A stretch of 64,000 nt of DNA from Nitrospinota bacterium (GCA_046581755.1 JAYGFR010000103.1:40526-104525); one strand, 5' to 3'; counted from the first letter of the stretch, positions 27,197 to 37,453 are shown. Notes: generated by a model not told the origin, from the sequence alone. Translations and numbers: made by a program.

Positions 27197-29704
27197 ATGC
27201 TTCGAAATTTACTCTCCTTTCTCATCAAAATGGGCATCATCGCCGAGGCCATGGTCAAGCCCCGCGAACTGACCGGGTTCACGCGGGTGCTGGTCGCCGT
27301 CATCGCCGTATCGTTCTCCTATTTCTTCATCCATATCTCATTCTTCGGACCGCCCATTTCCGAGATTTTCAAGGGCACCTACATCCTCGCCACGGCGATC
27401 CTTTGCATCCTAATTTACAGGGGCCGCCAGATGCCCATCCGGGATGGCTTCTCCTACTTGGACGAGATGTTCATCTTTCTCACCCACGTGACCATGTGCG
27501 CCTCCCTCCTGGTGTTGGTCCACTGGGGACTGTTCGATCGGACCTTCCTGTGGGACAACTACAAGGGCCCGGGCGCAGCCGCCGCCGCCATCCTGGGGGC
27601 GATCCTCGGGGCAATCCTCTACTGGAAAGAGGCGACCCGGGATGAAATTTCCGATGCTACTCTCCTCTCGGATTGGCTCTACCTCTTTTCCGCCATAGCG
27701 CCCATCGTTTGGTGGGTGGTCGAAAACGTGAATCTGGTCGAGCGGGTCGGCGGCCCGGTGCCCACCTCGATCGTCGTCTTCGCCGGCCTCCTGGTGGCCG
27801 TAAGCTTTGACATCGCCCGGCGTGTCATCGGACCCGTAATCCCGCTCATCGGCTTTTTCTTTCTGATTTACACTTTCAAGCCCATCGCCCAAATCTCGCC
27901 CGGGCTTTTCTTCCACGACGGCTTCGGGCTGGCCCGCGTGATGGAGTTTCTCATACTCGAGGCGGACGGCATCACCGGCCTCATCGTTGAAGTGTTCGCC
28001 ACCTACATCGTCATCTTCGTCGTCCTGGGAGCGTTCCTCGAAAAAACCGGCCTCGGCGCCATTCTCATCGACACCACCTTCCGCCTCACGGGCCAGCGCA
28101 CCGGGGGGCCGGCGATGACCGCCGTCATCTCGAGCGGCCTGTTCGGCATGATCTCGGGAAGCGGCGTGGCCAACGTCGTGACGACGGGAACCTTCACCAT
28201 CCCGCTCATGAAGCGCGTGGGCTACGATTCCGAGTTCGCCGCCGCCGTCGAGGCGGCCGCCTCGACCGGCGGGGCCTACATGCCCCCGATCATGGCCGGG
28301 GCCGCCTTTCTGATCGCCCAGCTCACCGAGACCAGCTATTTCGAAATCATCAAGATCGCCCTCCTGCCGGCAATCCTCTACTACCTTTCCCTGCTCTACC
28401 TGGTGTATATCCGCGCCGTCCGCAGGGGGCTGCTCGGCGTCTCGGTAGACGAACTTCCCTCGTGGGCAGCCATCCTGCCGCGCATTCATTTCCTGGTGCC
28501 CATCCCTTTCATGGTCTACTACCTCATGATCGGTGATTCGGCCTTTCTCGCGGCCTTCAAGACCATCTGCTTGATCCTCATGATCAAGGCCTCCGATTTA
28601 CTGAACGGAATCCGGACCCCCTGGTCCGGACGGACCTGGCAGCCGTTCCTTGGCCTTTCGATCCTCTTTGGGGTACTCGCCTACTATTTCGGGCTCCGGG
28701 TGGGCGCGCCGTTTTCCTGGTTCGCCGATAACCTGCGGGGGCTCAACATAGGCGATGGCATCATCTGGACCGTGGCGGGATACATTGCCCTCAAGATCGG
28801 GGAAATCCTCCTGGCCGGATTCCGCAGTCCCCCGGCGGCCGGCGCCTCTCCCTCGCCGCAGCCGGTCGGGGAAGGCGAGCCGCAGGCCGAATCGGGCGGC
28901 GCGCTCTTCTCCAGCCTGGGGGATGCTTTCGTCGAACTGGTCAAGGTGACCTGGATCTCTCTCGAGTCGGGGGCGCGGAACACCCTCGTCGTCGGGTGCA
29001 TCGCCTGCGTGCTCGGAATTTTGCTCTCGTGCGCCTCCCAAAGCGATCTCACGGGGCGGATTTCCATCCTGCTCACCGATTTCAGCTTCGGCCTTTTGCC
29101 GCTCACGATCATGTGGGTCATCATCGCGGGCTACGTCGTGGGCATGGGTCTCCCCATCACGGCGAGCTATGTCGTACTTGTCATCTTCGGGGTCATCTCC
29201 CTGACGAACCTGGGCGTCCCCACCCTCACCGCCCATCTCATCTGCTTCTGGGTCGCGGTGGTGAGCGCAGTGACGCCCCCGGTGGCGCTGGCGGCCTACG
29301 CGGCGAGCGCCATCGCCCTCTCGGACCCGGTGAAAACCGGCTTCCAGGCGCTCAAGCTGGCTTCGTGGATTTTCATCATGCCCTTCCTGTTCGTCTATAC
29401 GCCCATCCTTCTCACGGGCACGACGACGCAAGTCACGATAACGTTTATCGCCTGTTTGCTGGGCATACTCGGCTGGGCTGGATGGCTCGAGGGGTTTTTC
29501 CTCAAACCGACGACGGGCACGGAGCGAATGCTTCTCCTCGGATCGGCCCTCTGCCTGCTCATGCCCGTGGGGCAATTCGCTGCTTTCGCCTTCTCGCTCA
29601 AGGGAACCTTCATCTACCCATCCTACGTCATGGGCGCCCTGCTGTTGGTGCTGACCTTTATCATGCAGCGCGGACGCGGAGAGGTGGTTTCCCAGACGGC
29701 CTGA
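27197..29704 (+). CDS. TRAP transporter fused 4TM/12TM permease
   Basis: GGPAMTAVISSGLFGMISGSGVANVVTTGTFTIP, ASTGG, PPIMAG, GMGLPITASY, VTPPVALAAYAA. Confidence 0.92.
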   Translation: MLRNLLSFLIKMGIIAEAMVKPRELTGFTRVLVAVIAVSFSYFFIHISFFGPPISEIFKGTYILATAILCILIYRGRQMPIRDGFSYLDEMFIFLTHVTMCASLLVLVHWGLFDRTFLWDNYKGPGAAAAAILGAILGAILYWKEATRDEISDATLLSDWLYLFSAIAPIVWWVVENVNLVERVGGPVPTSIVVFAGLLVAVSFDIARRVIGPVIPLIGFFFLIYTFKPIAQISPGLFFHDGFGLARVMEFLILEADGITGLIVEVFATYIVIFVVLGAFLEKTGLGAILIDTTFRLTGQRTGGPAMTAVISSGLFGMISGSGVANVVTTGTFTIPLMKRVGYDSEFAAAVEAAASTGGAYMPPIMAGAAFLIAQLTETSYFEIIKIALLPAILYYLSLLYLVYIRAVRRGLLGVSVDELPSWAAILPRIHFLVPIPFMVYYLMIGDSAFLAAFKTICLILMIKASDLLNGIRTPWSGRTWQPFLGLSILFGVLAYYFGLRVGAPFSWFADNLRGLNIGDGIIWTVAGYIALKIGEILLAGFRSPPAAGASPSPQPVGEGEPQAESGGALFSSLGDAFVELVKVTWISLESGARNTLVVGCIACVLGILLSCASQSDLTGRISILLTDFSFGLLPLTIMWVIIAGYVVGMGLPITASYVVLVIFGVISLTNLGVPTLTAHLICFWVAVVSAVTPPVALAAYAASAIALSDPVKTGFQALKLASWIFIMPFLFVYTPILLTGTTTQVTITFIACLLGILGWAGWLEGFFLKPTTGTERMLLLGSALCLLMPVGQFAAFAFSLKGTFIYPSYVMGALLLVLTFIMQRGRGEVVSQTA

Positions 29705-29725
29705 GCGCACATCAGGAGACCGATC

Positions 29726-30391
29726 ATGACCCCCAAGCCACCTCCCCTCCGGCGCGTCCAGCACATCGGCATCAAGGTCCACGATCTGGACGAGGCCGAG
29801 GCCTTCTACCGGGACGTCTTGGGCTAGCGCGTGTCCGACCGCTACGAGCCCGGCGACAATCCGCACAGCCTCTGGGGCATCTGCTTCATGCGGAGCGCGG
29901 AGCTTCATCACGAACTCTCCCTCCTCCACTACGTCCCCGAGTCGGGGCCGTTCGAGAAAATCGATGCCCTGCGCACCCCCGGCGTCGGCCTCCACCACAT
30001 CGCCTTCGATGCCGGGTCCAAGGAAGCCTTCGAGGCCTGGGAGGAATACATCCGCTTCCTCGGAATCGAGATCTTCCACGGTCCCCGGGTCCACAGCCCG
30101 ACCCATCCCGAGGGGGACGGGACCCTGGGCGAGAACCGGGCGTTCTACTTTCACGACCCTTCCGGGAACGGCATCGAAATTTTCACCGATCTGGCCCCGA
30201 TGGACGAGGACACGAACCGCGTCAACGAGGCCTGGTTCCGCGACCGCCTCGAACGGGACGGCTACGAACGCGGCTCCGCCGATCCGCCGCCCGCCGCCCG
30301 CCTGGAAACCCGGCGTATCGAGCATGGCGGGCGCGCACGAAAAATTCGGGAACAAAAAATCCTGGTAAATTTCATGGAGACTTTCGAATGA
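29726..30391 (+). pseudogene. VOC/glyoxalase (extradiol dioxygenase-like) protein with an in-frame TAG at codon 34
   Basis: ATG 29726 after AGGAG: ...VQHIGIKVHDLDEAEAFYRDVLG*RVSDRY...HHELSL...GLHHIAF...FYFHDPSGNGIEIF. TAG at 29825-29827. Confidence 0.8.
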
Positions 30392-31344
30392 CCCACCGCA
30401 TTGTGGCGGTCGATCCGAGGTGGAAAAACCCCGGCCGCCAGAAATTCCTGACCGACCATCTGCCGGATGGATACGAACTGATCATCCCCGAATCCTTCGA
30501 GCCTGAAGACCTCCGCCGGGAGCTGGAATCGACCGCCGCCCTCGTCACCGGCCTTGGCGATATCACCGAGGAGATGATGCGCGCCGCGCCGAACCTCCGC
30601 GTGGTCGGCAAGGCGGGAACCGGGGTGGACTCCATCGATGTCGCCGCGGCGACGGCCATGAAGATTCCGGTGGCGCACACCCCAGGCTGGATGCGCGCGA
30701 CGCCGGTGGCCGAGCACGCCCTCACCCTTATGCTCATGCTCGCTCGGAAACCCTGGCTCTGGCGAGGAAAGGAGCGTCCACCCCTGCACACGCAGCTATC
30801 GGAGTGCTCGGCCGGGATCGTGGGGCTGGGGAACATCGGCCAGCGCATCGCCGCCCGCTGCGCCGGGTTTGACATGGAGGTGCTCGCCTATACGAGGACG
30901 AAAGGAAAGTTCCAGCCCGAGGGATTTTCGGTCGAGGAGACCGGCTCGCTCGAAGAACTCCTGGGCCGGGCAGACTACGTCGTCCTCTCCCTCCCCCTCA
31001 ACGAGGAGACGCGCGGAATCATCGGCGCGGGCGAACTGGGCCTGATGAAGCCCACGGCGTTCCTCATCAACGTCTCGCGGGGTAGCCACATCGTGACGGA
31101 CGCCCTCGTCGCCGCTCTCCAAAACGGAGAGATCGCCGGCGCCGGCCTCGACGTGATCGAGCCCGATCCGCTTCCCGGGGACCATCCCATTCTCGAACTG
31201 GATAACGTTGCCATATCGCCCCATTGCGCCGCCCAGACCCAAAGCACACAGGATCAGAGCTACCGCCTCCTCGCCGAGAGCATCCGCCTCGCGGTCGAGG
31301 GCGAGCGCGTCGAAGCCCTCGTCAACCCGGAAATATACGGCTGA
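30388..31344 (+). CDS. D-isomer-specific 2-hydroxyacid dehydrogenase
   Basis: GTGVDSID, VAEHA, GIVGLGNIG, LINVSRG, AGLDVIEPDP, SPHCA. Confidence 0.9.
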   Translation: MTHRIVAVDPRWKNPGRQKFLTDHLPDGYELIIPESFEPEDLRRELESTAALVTGLGDITEEMMRAAPNLRVVGKAGTGVDSIDVAAATAMKIPVAHTPGWMRATPVAEHALTLMLMLARKPWLWRGKERPPLHTQLSECSAGIVGLGNIGQRIAARCAGFDMEVLAYTRTKGKFQPEGFSVEETGSLEELLGRADYVVLSLPLNEETRGIIGAGELGLMKPTAFLINVSRGSHIVTDALVAALQNGEIAGAGLDVIEPDPLPGDHPILELDNVAISPHCAAQTQSTQDQSYRLLAESIRLAVEGERVEALVNPEIYG

Positions 31345-31432
31345 CCGGCCGCCGCGCGGCGGAGGGCGTCATCTTCCTCGTCAATCCCCGGGCGGGGGGC
31401 GGGCCGCCCGACCGGACGCCCCCATTCGCCCG

Positions 31433-31441
31433 TGCTATAAT
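31433..31441 (+). promoter_or_regulatory. Extended -10 promoter element upstream of citrate synthase
   Basis: TGcTATAAT about 67 bp before the ATG. Confidence 0.5.
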
Positions 31442-31507
31442 TTTCCCACGGGAAAATTTGGCCACCCACCCGTGCCGCCGAGGCACACCCAAGGGAAGGA
31501 TTTCCTG

Positions 31508-32641
31508 ATGCCGGATGATGTGATCCGCGGGCTTGAAGGCATCGTCGCCGTGGAGACCTCGATCTGCGACCTGGACGGCGAGGGCGGGCGCCTGGCCTAC
31601 CGGGGTTACGACGTGCCGGATATGGCCCGGCGGGGCGTGACCTACGAGGAGATCGTCTATCTCCTCCTGAACGGCGAGCTTCCGGACCACGCCGCCCTCA
31701 AGGCCTTCAGCGCCGAGCTCATCGCCGAGCGAAAGCTCCCCGGTGATTTGCTGCGCGTGATCAAGCTTATCCCGCCGGCGGCCCACCGCATGGCCGCCCT
31801 CCGGGGAGCGGTGGGGATGCTGGGCCTCTACGATCCCGAGGCCGAGGACACATCCCCAGAAGCGAACCGCCGCAAGGCTGTCCGCCTCATCGCCCGGATG
31901 CCGGTCGTCGCGGCGGCCATCCACCGGGCCGGCGAGGGAGAGAAACCCCTCTCTCCCCGCAAGGGGCTGGGCCATGCCGCGAACTTTCTCCACATGGTCT
32001 TCGGCGAAAAACCCCATAAAGCGGACGTAAAGGCCCTCGACGCCAGCCTCGTCCTCTACGCCGAACACGAGATCAACGCCTCGACCTTCACGGGGCGGGT
32101 CGTCGCCTCCACCCTCTCGGACATTTACTCGGCGGTCACGGCGGCGATCGGCTCCCTCAAGGGACCCCTCCACGGCGGGGCCGGACTCGCCGTCATGGAA
32201 ACCCTCGAGGAAATTGGCGAGGCCGAAAACGCGGAACCCTTCCTCGAGAAGGCGCTGGCCGAAAAGCGCCTCCTCATGGGCTTTGGCCACCGCGTCTACT
32301 ACCGGAGCGGCGATCCGCGCGCCGCCGTTCTGATGGGCATCGCCGAGGAGACCTGCCGCCGCCGGGGGGCGGACAAATGGTTCGACATCGCGCGCGCCCT
32401 CGACCAGGGCGTGCAGAGCCGCAAGGGGATCATCCCGAACGTCGATTTCTATTCGGCTCCGCTCTGGCGCGGCCTCGGGCTGCCCACCGGCCTGTTTGTG
32501 CCCATCATCGCGATCTCCCGCGTGGCGGGATGGTGCGCCAACATCCTCGAACAACAGGGCGATAACCGCCTCATCCGGCCCCGCGCCCGCTACACGGGCG
32601 CACCGAAGCGGGCCTATAAATCCCTCCGGGGAAGGCGCTAG
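31508..32641 (+). CDS. Citrate synthase / 2-methylcitrate synthase
   Basis: GLEGIVA, LAYRGY, YAEHEINASTF, LKGPLHGGA, MGFGHRVY, PNVDFYS, RLIRPR. Confidence 0.92.
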   Translation: MPDDVIRGLEGIVAVETSICDLDGEGGRLAYRGYDVPDMARRGVTYEEIVYLLLNGELPDHAALKAFSAELIAERKLPGDLLRVIKLIPPAAHRMAALRGAVGMLGLYDPEAEDTSPEANRRKAVRLIARMPVVAAAIHRAGEGEKPLSPRKGLGHAANFLHMVFGEKPHKADVKALDASLVLYAEHEINASTFTGRVVASTLSDIYSAVTAAIGSLKGPLHGGAGLAVMETLEEIGEAENAEPFLEKALAEKRLLMGFGHRVYYRSGDPRAAVLMGIAEETCRRRGADKWFDIARALDQGVQSRKGIIPNVDFYSAPLWRGLGLPTGLFVPIIAISRVAGWCANILEQQGDNRLIRPRARYTGAPKRAYKSLRGRR

Positions 32642-32645
32642 GGCG

Positions 32646-34571
32646 ATGGCCAAAAGTCTCGCGCAACTGCTCATCGACGAGCACCTGGTCTCGGGCGATG
32701 GCGGCCGCGTCGGGGCCGAGATTGAGATTCGCGCGGATCAGGTGCTTTTGCAGGACGCCTCGGGCCCGATGGCCCTGCTCCAGTTCGAGGCGATGGGGAT
32801 GACGCGCGTCGCCCAGAAGACAGCCGTCATGTACGCTGACCACCAGACCCTTCAGATGGACTATCTCCACACCGAGGGGCACCGTTTTCTGCTCGGTTTT
32901 TGCCAGAAATACGGCATCCACTTCTCCAAACCCGGCAACGGAATCTGCCACAACGTTCATCTGGAAACCTATGCCGTCCCGGGCGAGAGCCTGGCCGGCA
33001 CCGACAGCCACACCCCCCAGGCCGGCGCGGCCGGAATGCTCGCCATCGGCGCGGGGGGGATCGACGTGGCCGTCGCCATGGGCGGGGGCACCCTCATTCT
33101 CCCCCGCCCAGAAATCATCGAGGTCCACCTGAGTGGAAAGCTCGGCCCCTGGCGCTCGGCGAAGGACGTCATCCTCGAACTTCTGCGGCGCCTCACGGGC
33201 CAGGGCGGGGTGGGCAAACTCTTCGAGTACACCGGCCCCGGGGTGGAGACGCTGAGCGTGCCCGAGCGCTCGACCATCGCCAACATGGGGACCGAGCTGG
33301 GCCTGACCAGCTCTCTTTTTCCGAGCGACGAGCGGACGTGGGAGTTTTTCGGGCGGATGAACCGGCCCGGCGACTGGCGGGCGCTCTCGGCGGACCGGGA
33401 CGCCGCCTACGACGGCCGGATCGAACTCGACCTCTCCCGCATCGAGCCGCTCATCGCCCTGCCCTCGAACCCGGACAAGGTGGTCCCGGTGAGCGAGGTG
33501 GCCGGAACCCCGATCGAGCAGGTCATCGCCGGAAGCTGCACGAACGGGTCCTACACCGACATCGCCTCCTTCGCCCAAATCATGCGGGGGCGCAAGGTGG
33601 CCCCCGGGGTGGATGCCATCGTTTTTCCGGGAAGCCGCCAGGCGTTCGAGGAGTTGGCCCGCGAGGGGCACATCGCCGACCTGCTCGCCGCCGGGGTCCT
33701 CGTGTCGGAGGCCACCTGCGGCTCCTGCCCCGGCTACGGCCACATCCCCGCGCCGGGGACGAAATCCCTCCGCACCTTCAGCCGGAATTTCAAGGGCCGC
33801 TCCGGCCTCACGGAGGACGCCGTTTATATATGTGGCACCGAGACGGCCGCCCTCTCCGCCATCCATGGGGTCATCACCGCCCCCCCCGGCGACTTGAAAC
33901 CGCCCGAGGTTCTTCTCCCCCACCGGTTCGCCGCGGACGGGGCGGGAATCGTGCCGCCCTCGGCCGAGCCCGAGCGGATCGAACTCCTCCAGAGCCCCAA
34001 CATCGTGCCCATCCCGGCGGGAGAGCCCTTCGGGGATGCCTACGAGGGAGAGATCCTCATCAAGCTGGGCGATTCGGTCTCGACCGACACCATCATCCCC
34101 GCTGGCGTCGAGGCAATCACCTACCGAACGAACGCGCCCGCCCTTTCGGAGTTCCTCTTCCGGAGGATCGACCCGGAGTTCGCCGGCCGCGCGCGCGCGG
34201 CGGGCGGGGGGATCATCCTGGGGGGCGACCTCTACGGCCAGGGCTCGGCCCGGGAGCAGGCCGCGCTTTGCCCCATGTGCCTGGGCGTGCGGGCCGTGGT
34301 GGCGAAGTCCTTCGCCCGGATCCACCGCGCGAACCTGATCAACTGGGGCATCCTCCCGCTCGAACTCGCCGACCCCGGCGAATGGGACCGCCTCGAGCAG
34401 GGCCACCGCCTCCGCCTCTCCGGCATCCCGGAGGGGCTTTCCCAAAACCGCCTGGCGGTGGAGAATCGGACCATCGGATCGCGCTTCGAGGTGACGTGCG
34501 CGCTCACCGCGCGCGAGCGGAGCATCCTTCTCGCAGGAGGGGTCCTCGCCCATACCAAAGCCAGGGCTTGA
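32646..34571 (+). CDS. Aconitase-family hydro-lyase (short single-chain aconitate hydratase type)
   Basis: PGNGICH, DSHT, Fe-S cysteines in GSCTN and CGSCPG, swivel domain GQGSARE, KSFARIHRANLINWG. Confidence 0.9.
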   Translation: MAKSLAQLLIDEHLVSGDGGRVGAEIEIRADQVLLQDASGPMALLQFEAMGMTRVAQKTAVMYADHQTLQMDYLHTEGHRFLLGFCQKYGIHFSKPGNGICHNVHLETYAVPGESLAGTDSHTPQAGAAGMLAIGAGGIDVAVAMGGGTLILPRPEIIEVHLSGKLGPWRSAKDVILELLRRLTGQGGVGKLFEYTGPGVETLSVPERSTIANMGTELGLTSSLFPSDERTWEFFGRMNRPGDWRALSADRDAAYDGRIELDLSRIEPLIALPSNPDKVVPVSEVAGTPIEQVIAGSCTNGSYTDIASFAQIMRGRKVAPGVDAIVFPGSRQAFEELAREGHIADLLAAGVLVSEATCGSCPGYGHIPAPGTKSLRTFSRNFKGRSGLTEDAVYICGTETAALSAIHGVITAPPGDLKPPEVLLPHRFAADGAGIVPPSAEPERIELLQSPNIVPIPAGEPFGDAYEGEILIKLGDSVSTDTIIPAGVEAITYRTNAPALSEFLFRRIDPEFAGRARAAGGGIILGGDLYGQGSAREQAALCPMCLGVRAVVAKSFARIHRANLINWGILPLELADPGEWDRLEQGHRLRLSGIPEGLSQNRLAVENRTIGSRFEVTCALTARERSILLAGGVLAHTKARA

Positions 34572-34578
34572 AACCGAA

Positions 34579-35757
34579 ATGAGCCAGCGAAAAATTTCAG
34601 CCGTTTTCTACCGGGGCGGCACCAGCCGCGCCATCTTTTTCAACGCCAAGGACATCACCGAGGACCCGGAGACGCGGACCGCGATATTCCTCCGCGCCAT
34701 GGGAAGTCCGGACCCCAACGGCCGCCAGCTCGACGGCCTCGGCGGCGGCATCTCCTCCCTCAGCAAGGCCGCCGTCATCGGCCCCTCCACCCGCCCGGAC
34801 GCCGACGTGGATTTCACCTTCGCCCAGGTGAGCGTGGATACCCCCTTCGTGGATTACGGGGGCAACTGCGGAAACATGTCGAGCGCGGTGGGGCTCTTCG
34901 CGGTCGAGGAAGGGCTCGTCCCCCCGCCGCCGGACGGGGAGGCCACCGTCCGCATCCACAACACGAACACCAACAAGATCGTCATCTCCAAATTCCGGGT
35001 CGAGGGCGGCATTCCCGCGGTCGAGGGGGACTACGCGCTTCCGGGCGTGGCCGGAACTGGCTCGCGCATCACGCTCGAATTCACCGATCCCGGAGGCGCC
35101 TCGACGGGAAAGCTTCTCCCCACCGGGAGGCGGGTCGATGAATTCGATATCGAGGGAATCGGAAGGATCGAGGCCAGCCTCGTCGATGCGGCCACCCCCG
35201 CCGTTTTCGTCCGGGCCAAGGACATCGGCCTTTTGGGGACCGAATCCCCCGGGGCCATCGACGCCCAGCGGACGATTATGGTGAATCTGGAGCAGATCCG
35301 GGCCGAGGCCACTGTCCGGATGGGTATATCGCCCGACACCCGGGCGGCTTCGGAGTCCTCCCCCCTGGTTCCGAAAATGGCCATAGTCTCGCCCCCGGCG
35401 GAATACTTCGACCTCACGGGGGCGCCCGTTCCCGCCGACTCGTTCGACATCCTGAGCCGGATGCTCTCGATGGGAAAAACCCACCGCGCCTATCCGCTGA
35501 CGGGGGCGATGTGCCTCGCCGTGGCCGCCCGCATACCGGGCACAATTGCGCACGAGGCCGCGCGTCCCGGCGGAGGGGACCTTCGTCTCGGGCACTCGTC
35601 CGGGGTCCAACCCATCGGGGCCGTCGTGACCCAGGACCCGGAAGGGCCCCGGGCCGAGAAGGTCATCGTCTACCGCACCGCCCGCCGCCTGATGGAAGGC
35701 TCGGTCCTCATTCCCGCCAGCGTATTTGAGGCTGAGGCGCAAACCGCCCCGGCCTAG
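34579..35757 (+). CDS. prpF: PrpF family isomerase
   Basis: YRGGTSRA, GSPDPNGRQLDGLGGGISSLSK, GNCGNMSSAVG, RIHNTNT, SMGKTHRAYPLTG, RTARRLMEG. Confidence 0.92.
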   Translation: MSQRKISAVFYRGGTSRAIFFNAKDITEDPETRTAIFLRAMGSPDPNGRQLDGLGGGISSLSKAAVIGPSTRPDADVDFTFAQVSVDTPFVDYGGNCGNMSSAVGLFAVEEGLVPPPPDGEATVRIHNTNTNKIVISKFRVEGGIPAVEGDYALPGVAGTGSRITLEFTDPGGASTGKLLPTGRRVDEFDIEGIGRIEASLVDAATPAVFVRAKDIGLLGTESPGAIDAQRTIMVNLEQIRAEATVRMGISPDTRAASESSPLVPKMAIVSPPAEYFDLTGAPVPADSFDILSRMLSMGKTHRAYPLTGAMCLAVAARIPGTIAHEAARPGGGDLRLGHSSGVQPIGAVVTQDPEGPRAEKVIVYRTARRLMEGSVLIPASVFEAEAQTAPA

Positions 35758-35827
35758 ATTGGCTTCCAGGCGCGCGCCTCGGGCGGAGCGCCCCGGGCGG
35801 CCTCCGCCGGCGAAAGAGACCCAAAAA

Positions 35828-36676
35828 GTGGGCAACCAGCCCTCGATCCAGGAAATTCAGGGATTCTACGATGTGGTGTCCCCCCTCTACCGGGATCTGT
35901 GGGCCGGCCACATCCACCATGGCTACTACCCCTCCGGCCGCGAAACAAAAGAAGAGGCCACCGAGGGCCTCATCCAATTTCTCGCCGACGCCTCCTCCCT
36001 GAAACCCGGCGCCAAGGTTCTCGACGTCGGATGCGGAATCGGCGGAACGTCGATCTGGCTGAGCCAAAATTTCGGCTGCAAGGTGACCGGAATCACCATC
36101 AGCCCGGCGCAAAGGAAAATGGCGGAAGAGGCGGCCTCCAGCCTCGACCGGAAACCCGAATTTCTGCTCATGGACGCCAACCGCATGACCCTGACCGGAA
36201 CCTTCGACGCGGTTTGGACCGTCGAGGTGCTCGCCCACCTGGGCGATCACCTGAGTTTTTTCCGAAAGTGCCACGCGCTTTTGAACCCCGGCGGAAGGAT
36301 TTGCATCGCCGCCTGGCTCAAGGCGGACAATCTGACAGCGCGGGAGGAGGCGGAGATTATCCGGCCCATCGAGGAGGGAATGTTCTGCGCGCTATCGACC
36401 TCCGAAAAATACCTGAAGCTCCTCGATGAATCCCGTTTCAAGCTGGTGCGCTTCGAGGACATCAGCCCCCGGGTGAAGCAAACATGGGATATCGGCCTGA
36501 AAATTATAAGGGATAAGGCCGTGTGGGCGTTCGCCGCCCGCCACGGGATGGAATTCCTGAGACACCTCCGGGGATTTCGAAGGATGAAGCGGGGTTTCGA
36601 GGAAAAAAAATTCGTCTACGGGATTCTGATCGCCGAAAAAATCCAGCCGCCGCTCGATCTAATTTCCTCTGATTGA
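35828..36676 (+). CDS. Class I SAM-dependent methyltransferase (gamma-tocopherol/sterol methyltransferase-like)
   Basis: FYD...LWAGHIHHGYY, VLDVGCGIGG, GITISPAQ, FDAVW, LNPGG. Confidence 0.85.
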   Translation: MGNQPSIQEIQGFYDVVSPLYRDLWAGHIHHGYYPSGRETKEEATEGLIQFLADASSLKPGAKVLDVGCGIGGTSIWLSQNFGCKVTGITISPAQRKMAEEAASSLDRKPEFLLMDANRMTLTGTFDAVWTVEVLAHLGDHLSFFRKCHALLNPGGRICIAAWLKADNLTAREEAEIIRPIEEGMFCALSTSEKYLKLLDESRFKLVRFEDISPRVKQTWDIGLKIIRDKAVWAFAARHGMEFLRHLRGFRRMKRGFEEKKFVYGILIAEKIQPPLDLISSD

Positions 36677-36806
36677 AAACCCTGTTCATGGCGCCCGGGC
36701 GGCCCGGCGCCCGACCGTCACCAGCCAAACGCCCGCTATCGTCAGCGCCCCTCCCGCGAGGAGGCCCCCGCTAAATGGCGCGCCCTTCGGTGAATGGTTT
36801 TTCCGC

Positions 36807-37218
36807 TCAACTGGGCCCGCCGCCGATACGCACCCGCTCGCACAACTCGATGCGCACGTTGCCCGGCCCGCGGATAAATGCGATCGCCCGGCCCCCGATG
36901 CCGGTCCGCTGGGGGGGCGTCCAGGACCTCCGCCCCGCGCGAGGCCAGCCAGGCCACGGCGGCATCCACGTCCTCGACGGCGAAGCCCACATGGTCCAGC
37001 CCCTCGACGAGCCGGGGGGCGCGCGCATCGGGCGCATCTCCCTCGCGCATCCCCCTGATCCGCAGTGTCCCGCCGCCGAGCCGGAAAATCGCGTAGGCCG
37101 CCCCTTTATGGTCGTCGATGTACTCCACGGCCTCCATCCCGAATACGCACTCGAAATACCCGGTCAGCGCGCGGACGTCGCTAACCAAAAAATGGACGTG
37201 ATCGAAGCCGAACTCCAT
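36807..37218 (-). pseudogene. VOC family protein, frameshifted in a G7 run at 36911-36917
   Basis: FDHVHFLV...GLDHVGFAVEDVD...EVLDAP, then a shift to QRTGIGGRAIAFIRGPGNVRIELCE. Confidence 0.78.
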
Positions 37219-37453
37219 CGCGGTTTCTCCACAAAAATAAACGCGGCACAAAAACGGAAGCGGCGCCATGAATGTATTTTGGACCGGCACCCCCGGCGGC
37301 GGCGTGGACGCCCCGGGCCGGCCCCCGGGCGAAATCTCCAGGACAATTTTCATTTCGGTCCGGCCATAGTACGCTGAAAATCATCATCATCAAAACCAGT
37401 TCGTTTATCGTTGGAAATTCGTCTCTTTTTGACCCGCAATGAAAGGAACCGGC

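Noticed and set aside
1082..35757. A single nicotinate-fermentation-like pathway (Se-Mo hydroxylase, amidohydrolase, PrpF, aconitase)
   Set aside because: The genes are spread over 35 kb in separate operons, and the key dehydrogenase, reductase and B12 mutase are absent from the window.
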